A stretch of 64,000 bases of DNA, taken from NCBI GenBank assembly GCA_964016885.1, contig OZ024741.1, forward strand, positions 80,538,001 to 80,602,000, given 5' to 3'. The notes under the pieces were generated by a model that was given only the letters and a program-made list of their open reading frames with translations, did no database searches and was not told the DNA's origin. Within the stretch, counting starts at the first letter, position 1. Each line of letters starts with the position of its first letter. This DNA comes from Eledone cirrhosa (taxonomy: Eukaryota). Both the position numbers and the translations under genes were made by a program. Shown here piece by piece: positions 12,829-24,344 of the stretch.

Positions 12829-14789
12829 GTCACAGAAAAAGTAATAGCGCAACTAATCAGAGAGAGAATTGACCTAGATGAAATGCAGTTCGGGTTTGTG
12901 TCAGGCAAAAGTGGGGCTGTTCCGAAGGACTGGCATAGCAGCATCATCGTTAACTGTTATAAGGGTAAAGGAGACGCCCTAGATAGGAGTAACTATAGAG
13001 GCATTAAATTAATCGACCAGGTCATGAAGGTCACAGAAAAAGTAATAGCGCAACTAATCAGAGAGAGAATTGACCTAGATGAAATGCAGTTCGGGTTTGT
13101 GTCAGGCAAAAGTACCACAGACGCTCTTTTCATAGTACGACAACTACAGGAGAAGTACCTAGCTAAAGGTAAACCCCTCTACTTAGCTTTTGTCGACTTG
13201 GAGAAAGCCTTCGACAGAGTCCCCCGCTCCATTATCTGGTGGGCTCTTAGAAAACTAGGCGTTGACGAATGGCTTGTGAGGGCTATACAAGCCATGTATA
13301 AAGAAACAGTCAGCAAGGTTAGAATTAACAACGAATATAGTGAAGAGTTTAGCGTAAAAGTTGGCGTCCATCAGGGCTCTGTTCTCAGCCCCCTACTATT
13401 TATTATTGCCCTTCAGGCTATAACAGAGGAGTTCAAGACAGGCTGCCCATGGGAACTCCTATACGCAGACGACCTGACACTCATAGCGGAATCAATGGCC
13501 GAGCTAGAGAAGAAATTCCAAACATGGAAGCACGGCCTAGAGTCAAAAGGACTTAAAATTAACCTGGCTAAGACCAAAGTTCTAGTTTGTAGGAAAGAAA
13601 ACAAGGCGGCGGTCCCTTCTGGGAAATGGTCGTGCTCGGTGTGTAGGAAAGGCGTAGGTAGAAACTCCATTTTGTGTCCTAAATGCAAAGTATGGGTGCA
13701 TAAAAGATGTAGTGGGATCACAGGTAAGCTAACTAAGAACATAGATTTTACATGTGGCCGGTGTTCTGGTGCAATAAGTAGCAGCAAGTGCCCACACAAT
13801 ACTAGCTCTTTCAATTGCGCAGAGGGTTCTATAGAAATAGTGGACAGCTTCCGTTACCTGGGCGATAAAATCAGCAGTGGGGGAGGGTGCTCTGAAAGTA
13901 CTGTAGCTAGAGTCAGAACTGGTTGGAAAAAGTTCAGAGAGCTTATACCACTATTAGCTGCTAAAGGATTCTCCCTAAAAATGAAAGGCAGGTTGTACGA
14001 TGCCTGCATACGAACAGCAATGTTGCATGGCAGTGAGACCTGGGCATTGTGTGCAGAGGATATACGCAGACTAGAGAGGAACGAAGCTTGCATGCTCCGC
14101 TGGATGTGTAACAGTAATATACGTGAACGGCAAAGCATAAACGAACTAAGGAAAAAATTAGAGATAAGAGGGATCAGATGTTGTTTACTCGAGAGAAGGC
14201 TACGTTGGTATGGACACGTGATGCGCATGAAAGTCGATAGCTGTATAACAAAGTGCAGGGCAATAAAGATAGACGGTAGCCACGGAATAGGCAGACCTAG
14301 AAAAACCTGGGACGAGCTGATAAACTCCGACCTCACACACTTACACCTCTCCAAGACAATGTCACTGGACCGAGACCTTTGGCGGTACTCAGTAACAGAG
14401 AAGACCCGCCTTGCCAGTAGGCATCTCTAACAAAATACACCCCGTCCCACCACCACCACCCCCACCCCATCCACACCACCCCGTCCTATGTAAAGTTATG
14501 TTGGTGCCGCGCCATCCGGGCCGAAACAAATGAGATCGTGTAGGTGTCACGACAAAAAAACACACAGTCCACGCTGTAATGTGGCCGTGTAGGCAACACG
14601 GTAAAAACCTCCCAGACCCACACTGTAAATGTGGTTGGTGTTAGGAAGGGCATCCAACTGTAGAAAACCTGCCAGACAGTCCTATGCGAGCAAGACAATC
14701 ACTCTTGCCTCAAGTGGGACTACCCCCGTCCAAACCCATGCAAGCGTGGAACACGGACGTTAAACGTTGATGATGATGATGATGATGAT
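12829..14789 (+). mobile_element. 5'-truncated young RTE-clade LINE (RT + PHD-like finger), intronic
   Basis: Open ORF 12817..14430 with NYRGI, QFGF, FVDLEKAFDRV, GVHQGSVLSP, LLYADD and YLG. The 3' UTR ends GGACGTTAAACGTT(GAT)7. Confidence 0.95.
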
Positions 14790-15478
14790 TTCCTTATTAG
14801 CAAGGTTTGGACAAGCCATCACTGAGCAGGTTGGCAATCAAAGTAGAAGTACTGACCCCATGGTATGTTGGGAGCTGGCATCTGGTTTACATACATCCCT
14901 GCACCCTTCTGTGTGCTCAGACGGGCCTGTGTGTATCAATTAACTTTGAAAATAAACAAAAATTTGGAGGAATTCAATAAAATAATTTTTTCATTAGTAT
15001 GTTGATACTTAGTATGTAAACAGAGTTAAATATTTTATGTTATGTAAAACACATGGCAAACTGTTATATACCTTCCCAGGTACTCAGTTTCTCAAAGAAA
15101 GTTGTTATTTCTGCTTTGGGAAATGTGTGTATACATATATGTATATATATATATATATGTTTGTATTTATTTATTTATTTATTTATGTATGTATATGTAT
15201 GTGTGTATATATATATATATATATATGTGTATATGTATGTATGTATATGTATGTATGTATATGTATCAAGAGGATTCTGTGATCATTTTTACATGTTTTT
15301 TCCCTACTTGCATGAGTTGGATGGATCCTCTTCAGCACAGTATCTCTCAGAAAATATATGTTCGTAGCACTAACATAGCTAGAGTTAGCCCTGTATATGC
15401 AATTATTGTGAACCTTAGTGCTACCGCTAATTATATATATATATATACAAGTAGTTCCACAACAGTTTGTTCACCATT

Positions 15479-15521
15479 ACCGAGAAAAATTGTTTCACCT
15501 TATTCGGATCATCAGCTCGGT
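15479..15521 (-). ncRNA. Degenerate minimal type I hammerhead-like motif in a probable Penelope pLTR remnant
   Basis: Minus strand ACCGAG-CTGATGA-TCCGAATAAGGT-GAAA-CAATTTTT-CTCGGT. A 6-bp stem I brackets the core boxes; stems II and III carry mismatches. Confidence 0.45.
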
Positions 15522-15570
15522 TTAAATGAGGTGGTACGGAAAAGGAACCAGTGTTGTACTATTATATATA

Positions 15571-16129
15571 CTAGCAGAAAAACCACGCTTAGGGTGGTTT
15601 TTCTGTTAGCATGTGAAGTGTGCATATTGATATTATACGCAAATATATATACATAAAGATATGATACGTCAAATAAAATCGTAATTGACAGTATGCACAG
15701 AAATGGAACGAAGTCTTACACTCTCTTCTGTAATCAGTAAAGTAATCTATGATACATTAAAAAATAACAATATTATATATAAACTGCATATATGATAAAC
15801 TAAAATGTTATGAAAATGAAAAAGGAGAAAATTAGCGACGGAAATATAAACCTTATATAACGATGTAAAAATATGAACGTTTATATAAGCTATATAATAT
15901 AGAGTTCATTATATCATAACCGAAAGTATTGACAGTTGAAAATTTTAAAAGAAGTGAATCTTGAAATAAGCAATAAAATTATTTATATTTAATCAAGAGT
16001 TATGAAATTTAGTACATAAATTATGTAATATTGATTCATTATTTATTTAAAGTAATCCAACTTATTTTACAAACGGGATTAAAAAATATATTCAGGATGC
16101 AGTCCCGCACTCCTCCCTTTATTATACTA
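15571..16129 (-). mobile_element. Non-autonomous Helitron (unit A)
   Basis: Minus-strand 3' end is a hairpin CAGAAAAACCAC..GTGGTTTTTCTG followed by CTAG|T. Internally similar to unit C. Confidence 0.7.
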
Positions 16130-17554
16130 CTAGCAATTTAGCCCGGCGTTGCTCGGGTTTGTTCATTTGCTATGAAAAGTTACATACAGGTAAATGTGGC
16201 TTGAAAGCGAATAAGCTTATCAATTAAGTGCATAAAGCAGTTGAACCGGTTATTAAAAGTTACGAACCAATTAGCATTTTGGACAATCAATGATGCGTTA
16301 ATAATCTTCCAATAGCGAATTTAGCAGACCAAAGTTGCAAGATGGTGGCCCTGATGCCGCTGGATGTCAGATCTGTTCGCCATGGGTGACCCTACCAGGA
16401 AATAGTTTTCCAGACAGCATAGCTCCAACACCTGCACCAACATCTATAGCACCTCTTTATAGACGATATTGCGTGTCATCCCTTGAGGAGTGTAAGCAAA
16501 AAGTCCATTCCTGCTCCCTACATAAAGTTGGCCATGGGAGAAGTATGGCTCCCCCAAATAGATGCCCGCCACTGACAATGTTTGCCCTTGTGACTTGTTA
16601 ATGGACATGGCAAAACATGGTCTCACCGGGAATTGGGATCGCCGGAAATCGAACGGGATATCTGACGCCGAGGGGAAAGATTCATCCTTGGCAGTGCATT
16701 TGGCAGAATTGCCAGAAGTACAACAGTATGGGTGTTGTCATATTAATATTTAACCAATGAAAGTTGTAAAAAATAAATAATTTAAACATTCCGATTCATA
16801 TGTCTATAGCATTGATCTGTGATATGAAGTGTTATTTTGCGGGTTATTATTTGCAATAAGCCGATTTAAAATACCCCAGAAAAGCCGTATGTCAATACGG
16901 AACTCCAATGACTCCCCCAGCAGTTAAACTATAGACAGGGGGAATAATCTATTATAGAGAGAGGGAAGAGCGATGGAGAGAGTAAAGCTAAGAAACTATA
17001 GGGAGGTGTGTAAAACAGTGTCATATAGAGAGTGAAGAGCAACAGAGAGAGTAGAGCAGTTAAATTATAGAGAGGAGGAATCTATTATAGAGAGAGGGAA
17101 GAGCGACGGAGAGAGTAAAGCTAAGAAACTATAGGGAGGTGTGTTAAACCTCAAAGCATAGAGTAAAGCAGTTAAATTATAGAGAGGGGGAAGGATCTAT
17201 TATAGAGAGAGGGAAGAGCGACGGAGAGAGCATTATGACTGTTTGTTGTATAAAATGATGTGTTGCTTAGTTTTCAAAGTTTATCGCGTTCCTGAACGAA
17301 GTTTTGTTGCTGTTGGGTAGTAGAGAGAGTGAATAAGCGTGTAAGAGAGAGGGTTACAGCATGTATTTAGTTTTATCGATTTTTTTTTAATAGAAGCAGG
17401 AAATTTTTGGCAAAGTTTATTACGCGTTGACCATTGTTGGTAAATTTGGAGCACATTGGAAAAAAAAATCATCAAAATCGGTAGAGAAATGTGGAAATGC
17501 ATAAAAATCATGCACACACACAGGCAGACATCTTCCGTTTTATATATATAGAGA
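16130..17554 (-). mobile_element. Helitron derivative (unit B) with a Pif1-like helicase C-terminal remnant
   Basis: 5' TCTCTATATATATAAAACGG and 3' CCCGAGCAACGCCGGG..CTAG. ORF 16444..16626 reads FAMSINKSQGQTL..G..L....FSHGQLYV..TRNIVYKEVL, the Helitron RepHel helicase end. Internal ~120-bp tandem at 16921-17230. Confidence 0.88.
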
Positions 17555-18228
17555 CTAGCAGAAAACCATCCGGTGGGCGGTTTTCTGCTAGCAAATCTAG
17601 TGTATATACTGATATTGTTGAGATTTGGATGAGAAATGTTTTCGGCACCACATGTTCACCGTCTCTCGGTGTGTCTTTTATGCATGTATAAATATATATG
17701 TTATCTATACGGTGAAATCTTTGAAATAACTATATGTTAAAACGAAAAAGGAGAAAAGGAGATTAGTGACGGAAATATGAACGTTATGATACATAAACGT
17801 TATGATATAACGATGGAAATATATAAACGTTTACGATAAAACGATGGAAATAGAAACGTTTATATATAATGATAAGTCGAAACACTCGTAAGTCGAAACA
17901 CTCGTAAGTCGAAACACTCGTAAGTCGAAACACTCGTAAGTCGAAACACTCGTAAGTCGAAACACTCGTAAGTCGAAACACTCGTAAGTCGAAACACTCG
18001 TAAGTCGAAACACTCGTAAGTCGAAACACTCGTAAGTCGAAACACTCGTAAGTCGAAACACTCGTAAGTCGAAATACTCGTAAAGCGAAACGTATAAATA
18101 AAGATTAATGTTATGAATTTGAAAAGCATAGAGATTTGAAACCGTGTCTATTTGTTTCCTTGGCATTTTTTACAGACGGACAGACAGACAAACAAACAGA
18201 GAAATGCCCATTATATATTATAAGTAGA
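17555..18228 (-). mobile_element. Non-autonomous Helitron (unit C) containing a minisatellite
   Basis: 5' TCTACTTATAATATATAATGGGC..TGTCTGTCTGTCCGTC; 3' hairpin GCAGAAAACC..GGTTTTCTG followed by CTAG. Confidence 0.75.
17873..18080. repeat. 16-bp minisatellite (TAAGTCGAAACACTCG) x13
   Basis: Thirteen head-to-tail units; all identical except one C>T in the last; no spacers. Confidence 0.95.
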
Positions 18229-18483
18229 CTTGGCATGGTTACTTCTGGCTTGTGCAAGGTGTCTCTATAGCAACCAGCGATTCCCTCGGCCTCAGTGACC
18301 AAAGTCAGTGGAGAGGGGAAGGTAATGTTTCTATAGCGACAGTGTTTCTCTTGGTAGTACCAAAGTGGAGAAAGGAAGGGGAAGGTAATATTTCTGTAGC
18401 ACCTACATTTGAGTTTTAGGGAAGGACAGACAGACACAGAAATGCCCATATATTTCTGTGTGTGTATATATATATATAGATAT
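18229..18483 (-). mobile_element. Probable fourth Helitron-like unit (D), its 5' end disrupted by an RTE insertion
   Basis: Shares the GACAGACAGAC..AGAAATGCCCAT subterminal motif with unit C; the 3' end is degenerate (CAAG rather than CTAG). Confidence 0.45.
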
Positions 18484-20037
18484 ATCATCATCATCATCAT
18501 CATCAACGTTTAATGTCCGTGTTCCACGCTTGCATGGGTTTGGACGGGGGTTTCCCACTTGAGGCAAGAGTGATTGACTTGCTCGCATAGGACTGCCTGG
18601 CGGGTTTTCTACAGCTGGATGCCCTTCCTAACACCAACCACATTTACCGTGTGGGGCTGGGAGGTTTTTACAGTGTTGCCTACACGGCCACATTACAGCG
18701 TGGACTGTCTGGCAGGTTTTCTACAGCTGGATGCCCTTCCTAACACCAACCACATTTACAGTGTGGGGCTGGGAGGTTTTTACCGTGTTGCCTACACGGC
18801 CACATTACAGCGTGGACTGTGTGTTTTTTTGTCGTGACACCTACACGATCTCATTTGTTTCGGCCTGGATGTTGTGGCACCAACATAACTTTACATTGAA
18901 GGGGCGGTGTGGATGGGGTGGGGGTGGTGGGACGGGGTGTATTTTGTTAGAGATGCCTACTGGCTGTAGTAGGTTTTACTTTGTATTTAGGTAAGGCGGG
19001 TCTTCTCTATTACTGACTACCGCCAAAGGTCTCGGTCCAGTGACATTGTCTTGGAGAGGTGTAAATGTGTGAGGTCAGAATTTATCAGCTCGTCCCAGGT
19101 TTTTCTGGGTCTGCCTACTCCATAGCTACCGTTTATCTTTATTGCCCTGCACTTTGTTATACAACTGTCGTCTTTCATGCGCATCACGTGACCATACCAA
19201 CATAGCCTTCTCTCAAGTAAACAACATCTGATCCCTATTATTTCTAATTTTTTCCTTAGTTCGCTTATGCTTTGCCGTTCACGTATGTTACTATTACACA
19301 TCCAGCGGAGCATGCAAGCTTCGTTCCTCTCTAGTCTGCGTATATCCTCTGCACACAATGCCCAGGTCTCACTGCCATGCAACATTGCTGTTCGTATGCA
19401 GGCATCATACAACCTGCCTTTCATTCTTAGGGAGAACCCTTTAGGGTCTAACAGTGGTATAAGCTCTCTGAACTTTTTCCAACCAGTTCTGACTCTAGCT
19501 ACAGTACTTTCAGAGCACCCTCCCCCACTGCTGATTTTGTCGCCCAGGTAACGGAAGCTGTCCACTATTTCTATAGAACCCTCTGCACAATTGTAAGAGC
19601 TAGTATTTTGTGGGCACTTGCTGCTACTTATTGCACCAGAGCACCGGCCACATGTAAAATCTATGTTCCTAGTTAGCTTACCTGTGATCCCACTACATCT
19701 TTTATGCACCCATACTTTGCATTTGGGACATAAAATAGAGTTTCTACCTACGCCTTTCCTACACACTGAGCATGGCCATTTCCCGGAAGGGACTGGCGCC
19801 TGATTTTCTTTCCTACAAACTAGAACTTTAGTCTTAGCCAGGTTAATTTTAAGGCCTTTTGATTCTAGGCCGTGCTTCCATGTTTGGAATTTCTTCTCTA
19901 GCTCGGCCATTGATTCAGCTATGAGCGTTAGATCATCTGCGTATAGGAGTTCCCATGGGCAGCCGGTCTTGAACTGCTCTGTTATAGCCTGAAGGGCAAT
20001 AATAAATAGTAGGGGGCGAAGAACGGAGCCCTGATGG

Positions 20038-20039
<2 letters not shown>
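18484..20039 (-). mobile_element. 5'-truncated RTE-clade LINE, same family as 12829-14789
   Basis: ORF from VHQGSVL through YADD, the PHD-like finger and the C-terminus, with a premature TAG at 19017. The 3' UTR has a duplicated ~110-bp unit and a (GAT)n tail at 18484-18504. Confidence 0.95.
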
Positions 20040-20077
<38 letters not shown>

Positions 20078-20145
20078 CACACACAGAAATGTATATATAT
20101 TTCTGTGTGTGTGTATATATATATATATATATACGGAGCCCTGAT

Positions 20146-20214
<69 letters not shown>

Positions 20215-20399
20215 GAAATGTATATATATTTCTGTGTGTATATATATATATATTACACACACAGAAATGTATATATATTTCTTAGAACAACATTATTATT
20301 AATGTTTTGCTGTTCATAACAATTGGAATTGAAAAATTACTTTTGAAATTATTAGTTATTTTACTAATGCTTAGATAAGTAAAAATGAAGCAATGTTTC

Positions 20400-20593
20400 T
20401 AATAATTGTTTCTACTTTTGGCACAAGGCCAGCAATTACCCGGTACATTACTGGTAGTTTATTTTATCGACCCCGTGAGGATGAAAGGCAAAGTTAACCT
20501 CGGTGGTATTTGAACTCGGACCGTAAAGGTACGTAACTCCATGCTATGAAGCATGGTGTCCGACTCTCTACAGATTCTGCCAATCCACCGCCC
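20400..20593 (-). mobile_element. tRNA-derived SINE (same family as 1702-1885)
   Basis: Near-identical head, B-box and central domain; a second partial copy lies at ~20960-21112. Confidence 0.85.
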
Positions 20594-20772
20594 TAATGTC
20601 TGTACGTAATGAGGGAGTGAGAGGGAAGAGAAAGAAAGGCAGAGGTGAAGTGACGAAGTGACTCTCTCCCCCTCCTCCTCCTCCTCTTCCACCTCCTCCA
20701 TCTCCCCATTCGTCACAGCGATAGAGGGGAGGAATGTTAGTGTTACAAAGAGTGAGAGAAACAGACAGACTA

Positions 20773-20810
<38 letters not shown>

Positions 20811-20886
20811 CAACCACGCCACGCGTGCATGTGTTTCCACTGTCGGACAGACAGACAGAAATTGCTGGTTATATATTATAAGGAGA

Positions 20887-20943
<57 letters not shown>

Positions 20944-21482
20944 AATATATATAATAATAATAATTGTTTCTACTTTTGGCACAAGGCCAGCAATTATCCC
21001 AGTCTATTACTGCTACTTTATTTTATCGACCCCGTAAGGATGAAAGGTAAAGTTAACCTTGGCGGGATTTAAACTCAGACCATAAAGGGCCGTAACTCTT
21101 TGCTGCAAAGCAAGTGCTCAAGTGCACTACAACTCATCAAAGGTGTATGTATAGTACATCGAATAATGTTAGGAAAGTGAACAGTGTATGAGTCATGATA
21201 TACACACAGATAGATGTGTGTGTGTGTATGGAGGGGGGAATATCAGGTGTAGTATTTGCGAATTTTGGGGAGCATAGAAGTTTTGAAGGATGTAATTCTT
21301 CAAACATACACTTACCAATGTTAAAGTTAATTTAATTAAAGTCCTCAAAATTCTTGAATATTTTTGAAATTATTTGAAAATCACAACTATTGTATTTCAT
21401 TAGAAATATAGCAACAAAAAGGTTAGTGTTGATTGATGTTTGACAATGATATTTTACTGAAGCTTGCTTTTCTGTTTGACAG

Positions 21483-21598
21483 TGAATGTGAAGTAAACAT
21501 AGAACAAGTTGGATCTTGTTGCACACTTATTGCAGATCAGATCTTTAACAGTCATCTGGCCAATATAATCGATGAAAAGATTGCATTTCTTTTATTCG
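21483..21598 (+). CDS. PRUNE: PRUNE exon (ECEVNIEQVGSCCTLIADQIFNSHLANIIDEKIAFLLF)
   Basis: tgtttgacag / gtaagt, 116 nt, phase 2/1 matching neighbours; E.VGSC.TL motif of PRUNE/PPX1. Confidence 0.95.
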
Positions 21599-22433
21599 GT
21601 AAGTATTAAATCTTTACTATTTAATATTTGTGTGTTTGTGTATGTATGTGGAGTGAGGGGATATTCTCAAATACTAGCTTTGATGTAATTTTGAATATAT
21701 AATGTATGGATGTGGGGAGTTATGAGTGAATGGAAGTGTCGTTAGAGTGAGAAAATGAAGGCAATGGTTTGTAGTATTTACTCCTCTCTGCATAGAGCTC
21801 AAATCCCACTGAGGTTAACTTTACTTTTCATCTCTTCAGAGTGTTGAATTAATGGAATTATGAGATCCTCAGATGAAATGTCTAGCAGTGTCTGTTCCTG
21901 CTCTTTATGTTCTGAGTTCAAATCATCACCTACTTAGGTGTTAGACTTAATCTGATTCCCAGTTTAACATCACCACTTGGTCTTTGGATGGCTTTAGTAG
22001 AATCCACAATCCCAATAGTGATTATTGTCAGAATAATTATTTCAATCCCTACAATTTATTTAGGATGTTGGAGATTTTTGGATACAGATATAGCATTGAT
22101 TTTTGTGACAGCAGATGGTCTTGAACTTCATATAGTCTGGACAGAATTTCAGACAGGAACTTGAAATTCCTGCAGCTACCAGAGTAGTTTACTGAGTGGC
22201 CCACATCAGATAATTTACATTGCACATGATGGTGGTGATACCTCAATTTTGTGAAATTCTCAGCTTGATTTGCTTAAATTTAACTCTGGCAATGGCTTCT
22301 AAGAGAAAAGATTTGGTTGTCAGTGATTTCATTTATATAGGTACCTCTACAGTAAAGTATCTTACACAATACAGTAGTAATACACTTTTACCATTTACAA
22401 TAATTTGCAGCTACTTGTATATCATCTAATTAT

Positions 22434-22692
22434 TTAACCCTTTTCATTCCAAATCACAGTAAACCACCCATAGTTCTATAATACTAAGGTGTTTATTTTA
22501 AAATGTTTGTATTTATCTAAATAAAAGACCTTTCATCAACATTTTATGCAAATACCTTTGTTAAATTATTTTCCAAACATCAGCTTAATAATGAGAAAGT
22601 TAGTTATATTATTAAATCCTTGATTATTTTCAAAATAATTTGAAAATCATTGGCGGTGTTTTTCATTAGAAATATGGTAATGATGGGGTTAA
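22434..22692. mobile_element. piggyBac-like MITE
   Basis: TTAA-CCCTTTTC...GATGGGG-TTAA; same family as 226-442. Confidence 0.7.
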
Positions 22693-22882
22693 TGTACATT
22701 TAGTATTTGTTTATTTAAGGTGGTGAATTGATGGAGTCATTAGAATGTTGAATTAAATGCCTCTGTTTGTTCCAGAGCCTCTAGGCTTGAGAAAGATTGG
22801 CTTTTAAATATCTCTTTAATATTATATAATAATATATTATATTAATTGTATATAATTTTATAATTCTTTTCATAAATTCTAG

Positions 22883-23038
22883 GGACAATTATTTATGATA
22901 CAGTAAATATGAGTAAAGAAGCTAAACGTGGAACCATAAAAGATGAAGAAATATTGCAGCGCTTAGAAAATATTTTACCAAATTGCAATCGTTGTGAAAT
23001 TTTTGATCAACTTGATCATATCAAATGTGATATGACTG
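22883..23038 (+). CDS. PRUNE: PRUNE exon (GTIIYDTVNMSKEAKRGTIKDEEILQRLE...FDQLDHIKCDMT)
   Basis: aattctag / gtaagt, 156 nt, phase 1/1; GTII.DT.N (metal-ligand Asp), T.KD and F..L...K.D motifs. Confidence 0.95.
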
Positions 23039-24344
23039 GTAAGTAACGAATATCTATGAATACTATTGGAAGGTTTGGGATTATCATCATACATTAGGGT
23101 CTTGAGTGTTCAGCTGTCAACCATAGAGTTGTGGTTTCAATCACTGAGCTGGGCAATGCATTGTGTTCTTAAACAAAGCACTTAAAAAAATAAAGAAAAT
23201 GAGTACTAACAGCAATTAGAGGGTTAACTGTGTGATAGACTGGCATTCCATCCCCGAGTAGCCTTGTACTCTCAATTGCTATGAAACACCTATGAAACTG
23301 TGATAAGCTCTGGCCTGGTGAGTCTCAGGGCTTGAGACAGCCTTGGTTAGGTTGCACTGTACCTCACCACTCTTCATAGTTTTGCATCGCCTGGCACACA
23401 TACACACACACTGTGACAGAAAAACTGGTCAACTTTGTTGTATTTGATGGTATTTTTGTCACCAGTGCTATTGAAATTAACTATAATGAGACTAAAGAGT
23501 CTTCTCTACCCTTCCTTCGTATATTCGTTCCCTATTTTTTCATTCTATGAAAATACATTTTATTGGCTGTAAGCTTAAGATCTGGGTCACCATGTTCTGC
23601 TATTTTGTCTTTAGTCAAGGTACATAACTCTTTGTTTCAGTTTGCATTGTACCATGCCTAGTTCATAGTTGGGTGTTTAGAGGTAAGAGAATATCCAGCT
23701 GTAAAAAATTACCAAGACAAATATCTAAATTTGAATAATCTAATAATCTAGCTTATTTAGTTTTGAAAAAAACCCCAACAAAATACAATGTAAAAAACAA
23801 ACAATTATATTTGTGTGTGTGTGTTGTAAAGGTGTATGTATATAAAAAAAACATTAGTTGCTTCTTCAAATGATTATTTTTCCCATCCATTCATCAATGT
23901 AGGAAGAAAATAATTTTTATTCTTTAAAGAAGCCCCCTTTTTTTATTTTTGCAACCATATATTCATGTATAAGTCACACCTTTTTGCATGAAAATATGTG
24001 AAAAACCTGTATGCAGTTATTTACTAGATCTACAAAATTTCAATTTATAATGCATGTTACATTGTAAATGTTGTTTGTAAAATGGAGGTGTGACTTATCT
24101 ACCATTGCAACATATATATATGTATATATATATAATCATCTTCATTATCATCATTTTTAGGTCCATTTTTCCATGGTGGCATGGATTTGAACGGAATTGT
24201 TTGAAACAGTGTTTTACAGATGATTGCCCTTCTTGATGTCAGTCCTTTAGTCACTTCATATAACATGTAGGAATACAGTGTATCTATTCTAAAAACTGGG
24301 AGTACAGCACGGTTAATTGGGCAGACCCTCCTCATAACGGTACT

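Noticed and set aside
13413-14354. Antisense ORFs over RTE copies (also 19267-19803, 55162-58883, 62258-63409)
   Set aside because: They are shadows of the RT reading frame with no independent motifs.
15037-15656. YI/CV-rich ORFs (also ~19933-20319, 30036-30422, 39734-40245, 61383-62119)
   Set aside because: They are translations of (TA)n, (TG)n and (CA)n microsatellites.
16444-16626. Host PIF1 helicase exon
   Set aside because: It lies between Helitron termini, lacks splice context, has an internal deletion and ends like Helitron RepHel (NIVYKEVL).
17873-18080. CRISPR-like array and the repetitive ORFs 17784..18166
   Set aside because: Units are directly adjacent with no unique spacers, there are no cas genes, and the context is eukaryotic. 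The ORFs are just translations of a stop-free 16-bp repeat.
20500-20593. tRNA genes suggested by GAGTTCAAATCC B-boxes (many sites)
   Set aside because: They are heads of a dispersed SINE family, followed by the SINE core and lacking a full cloverleaf.
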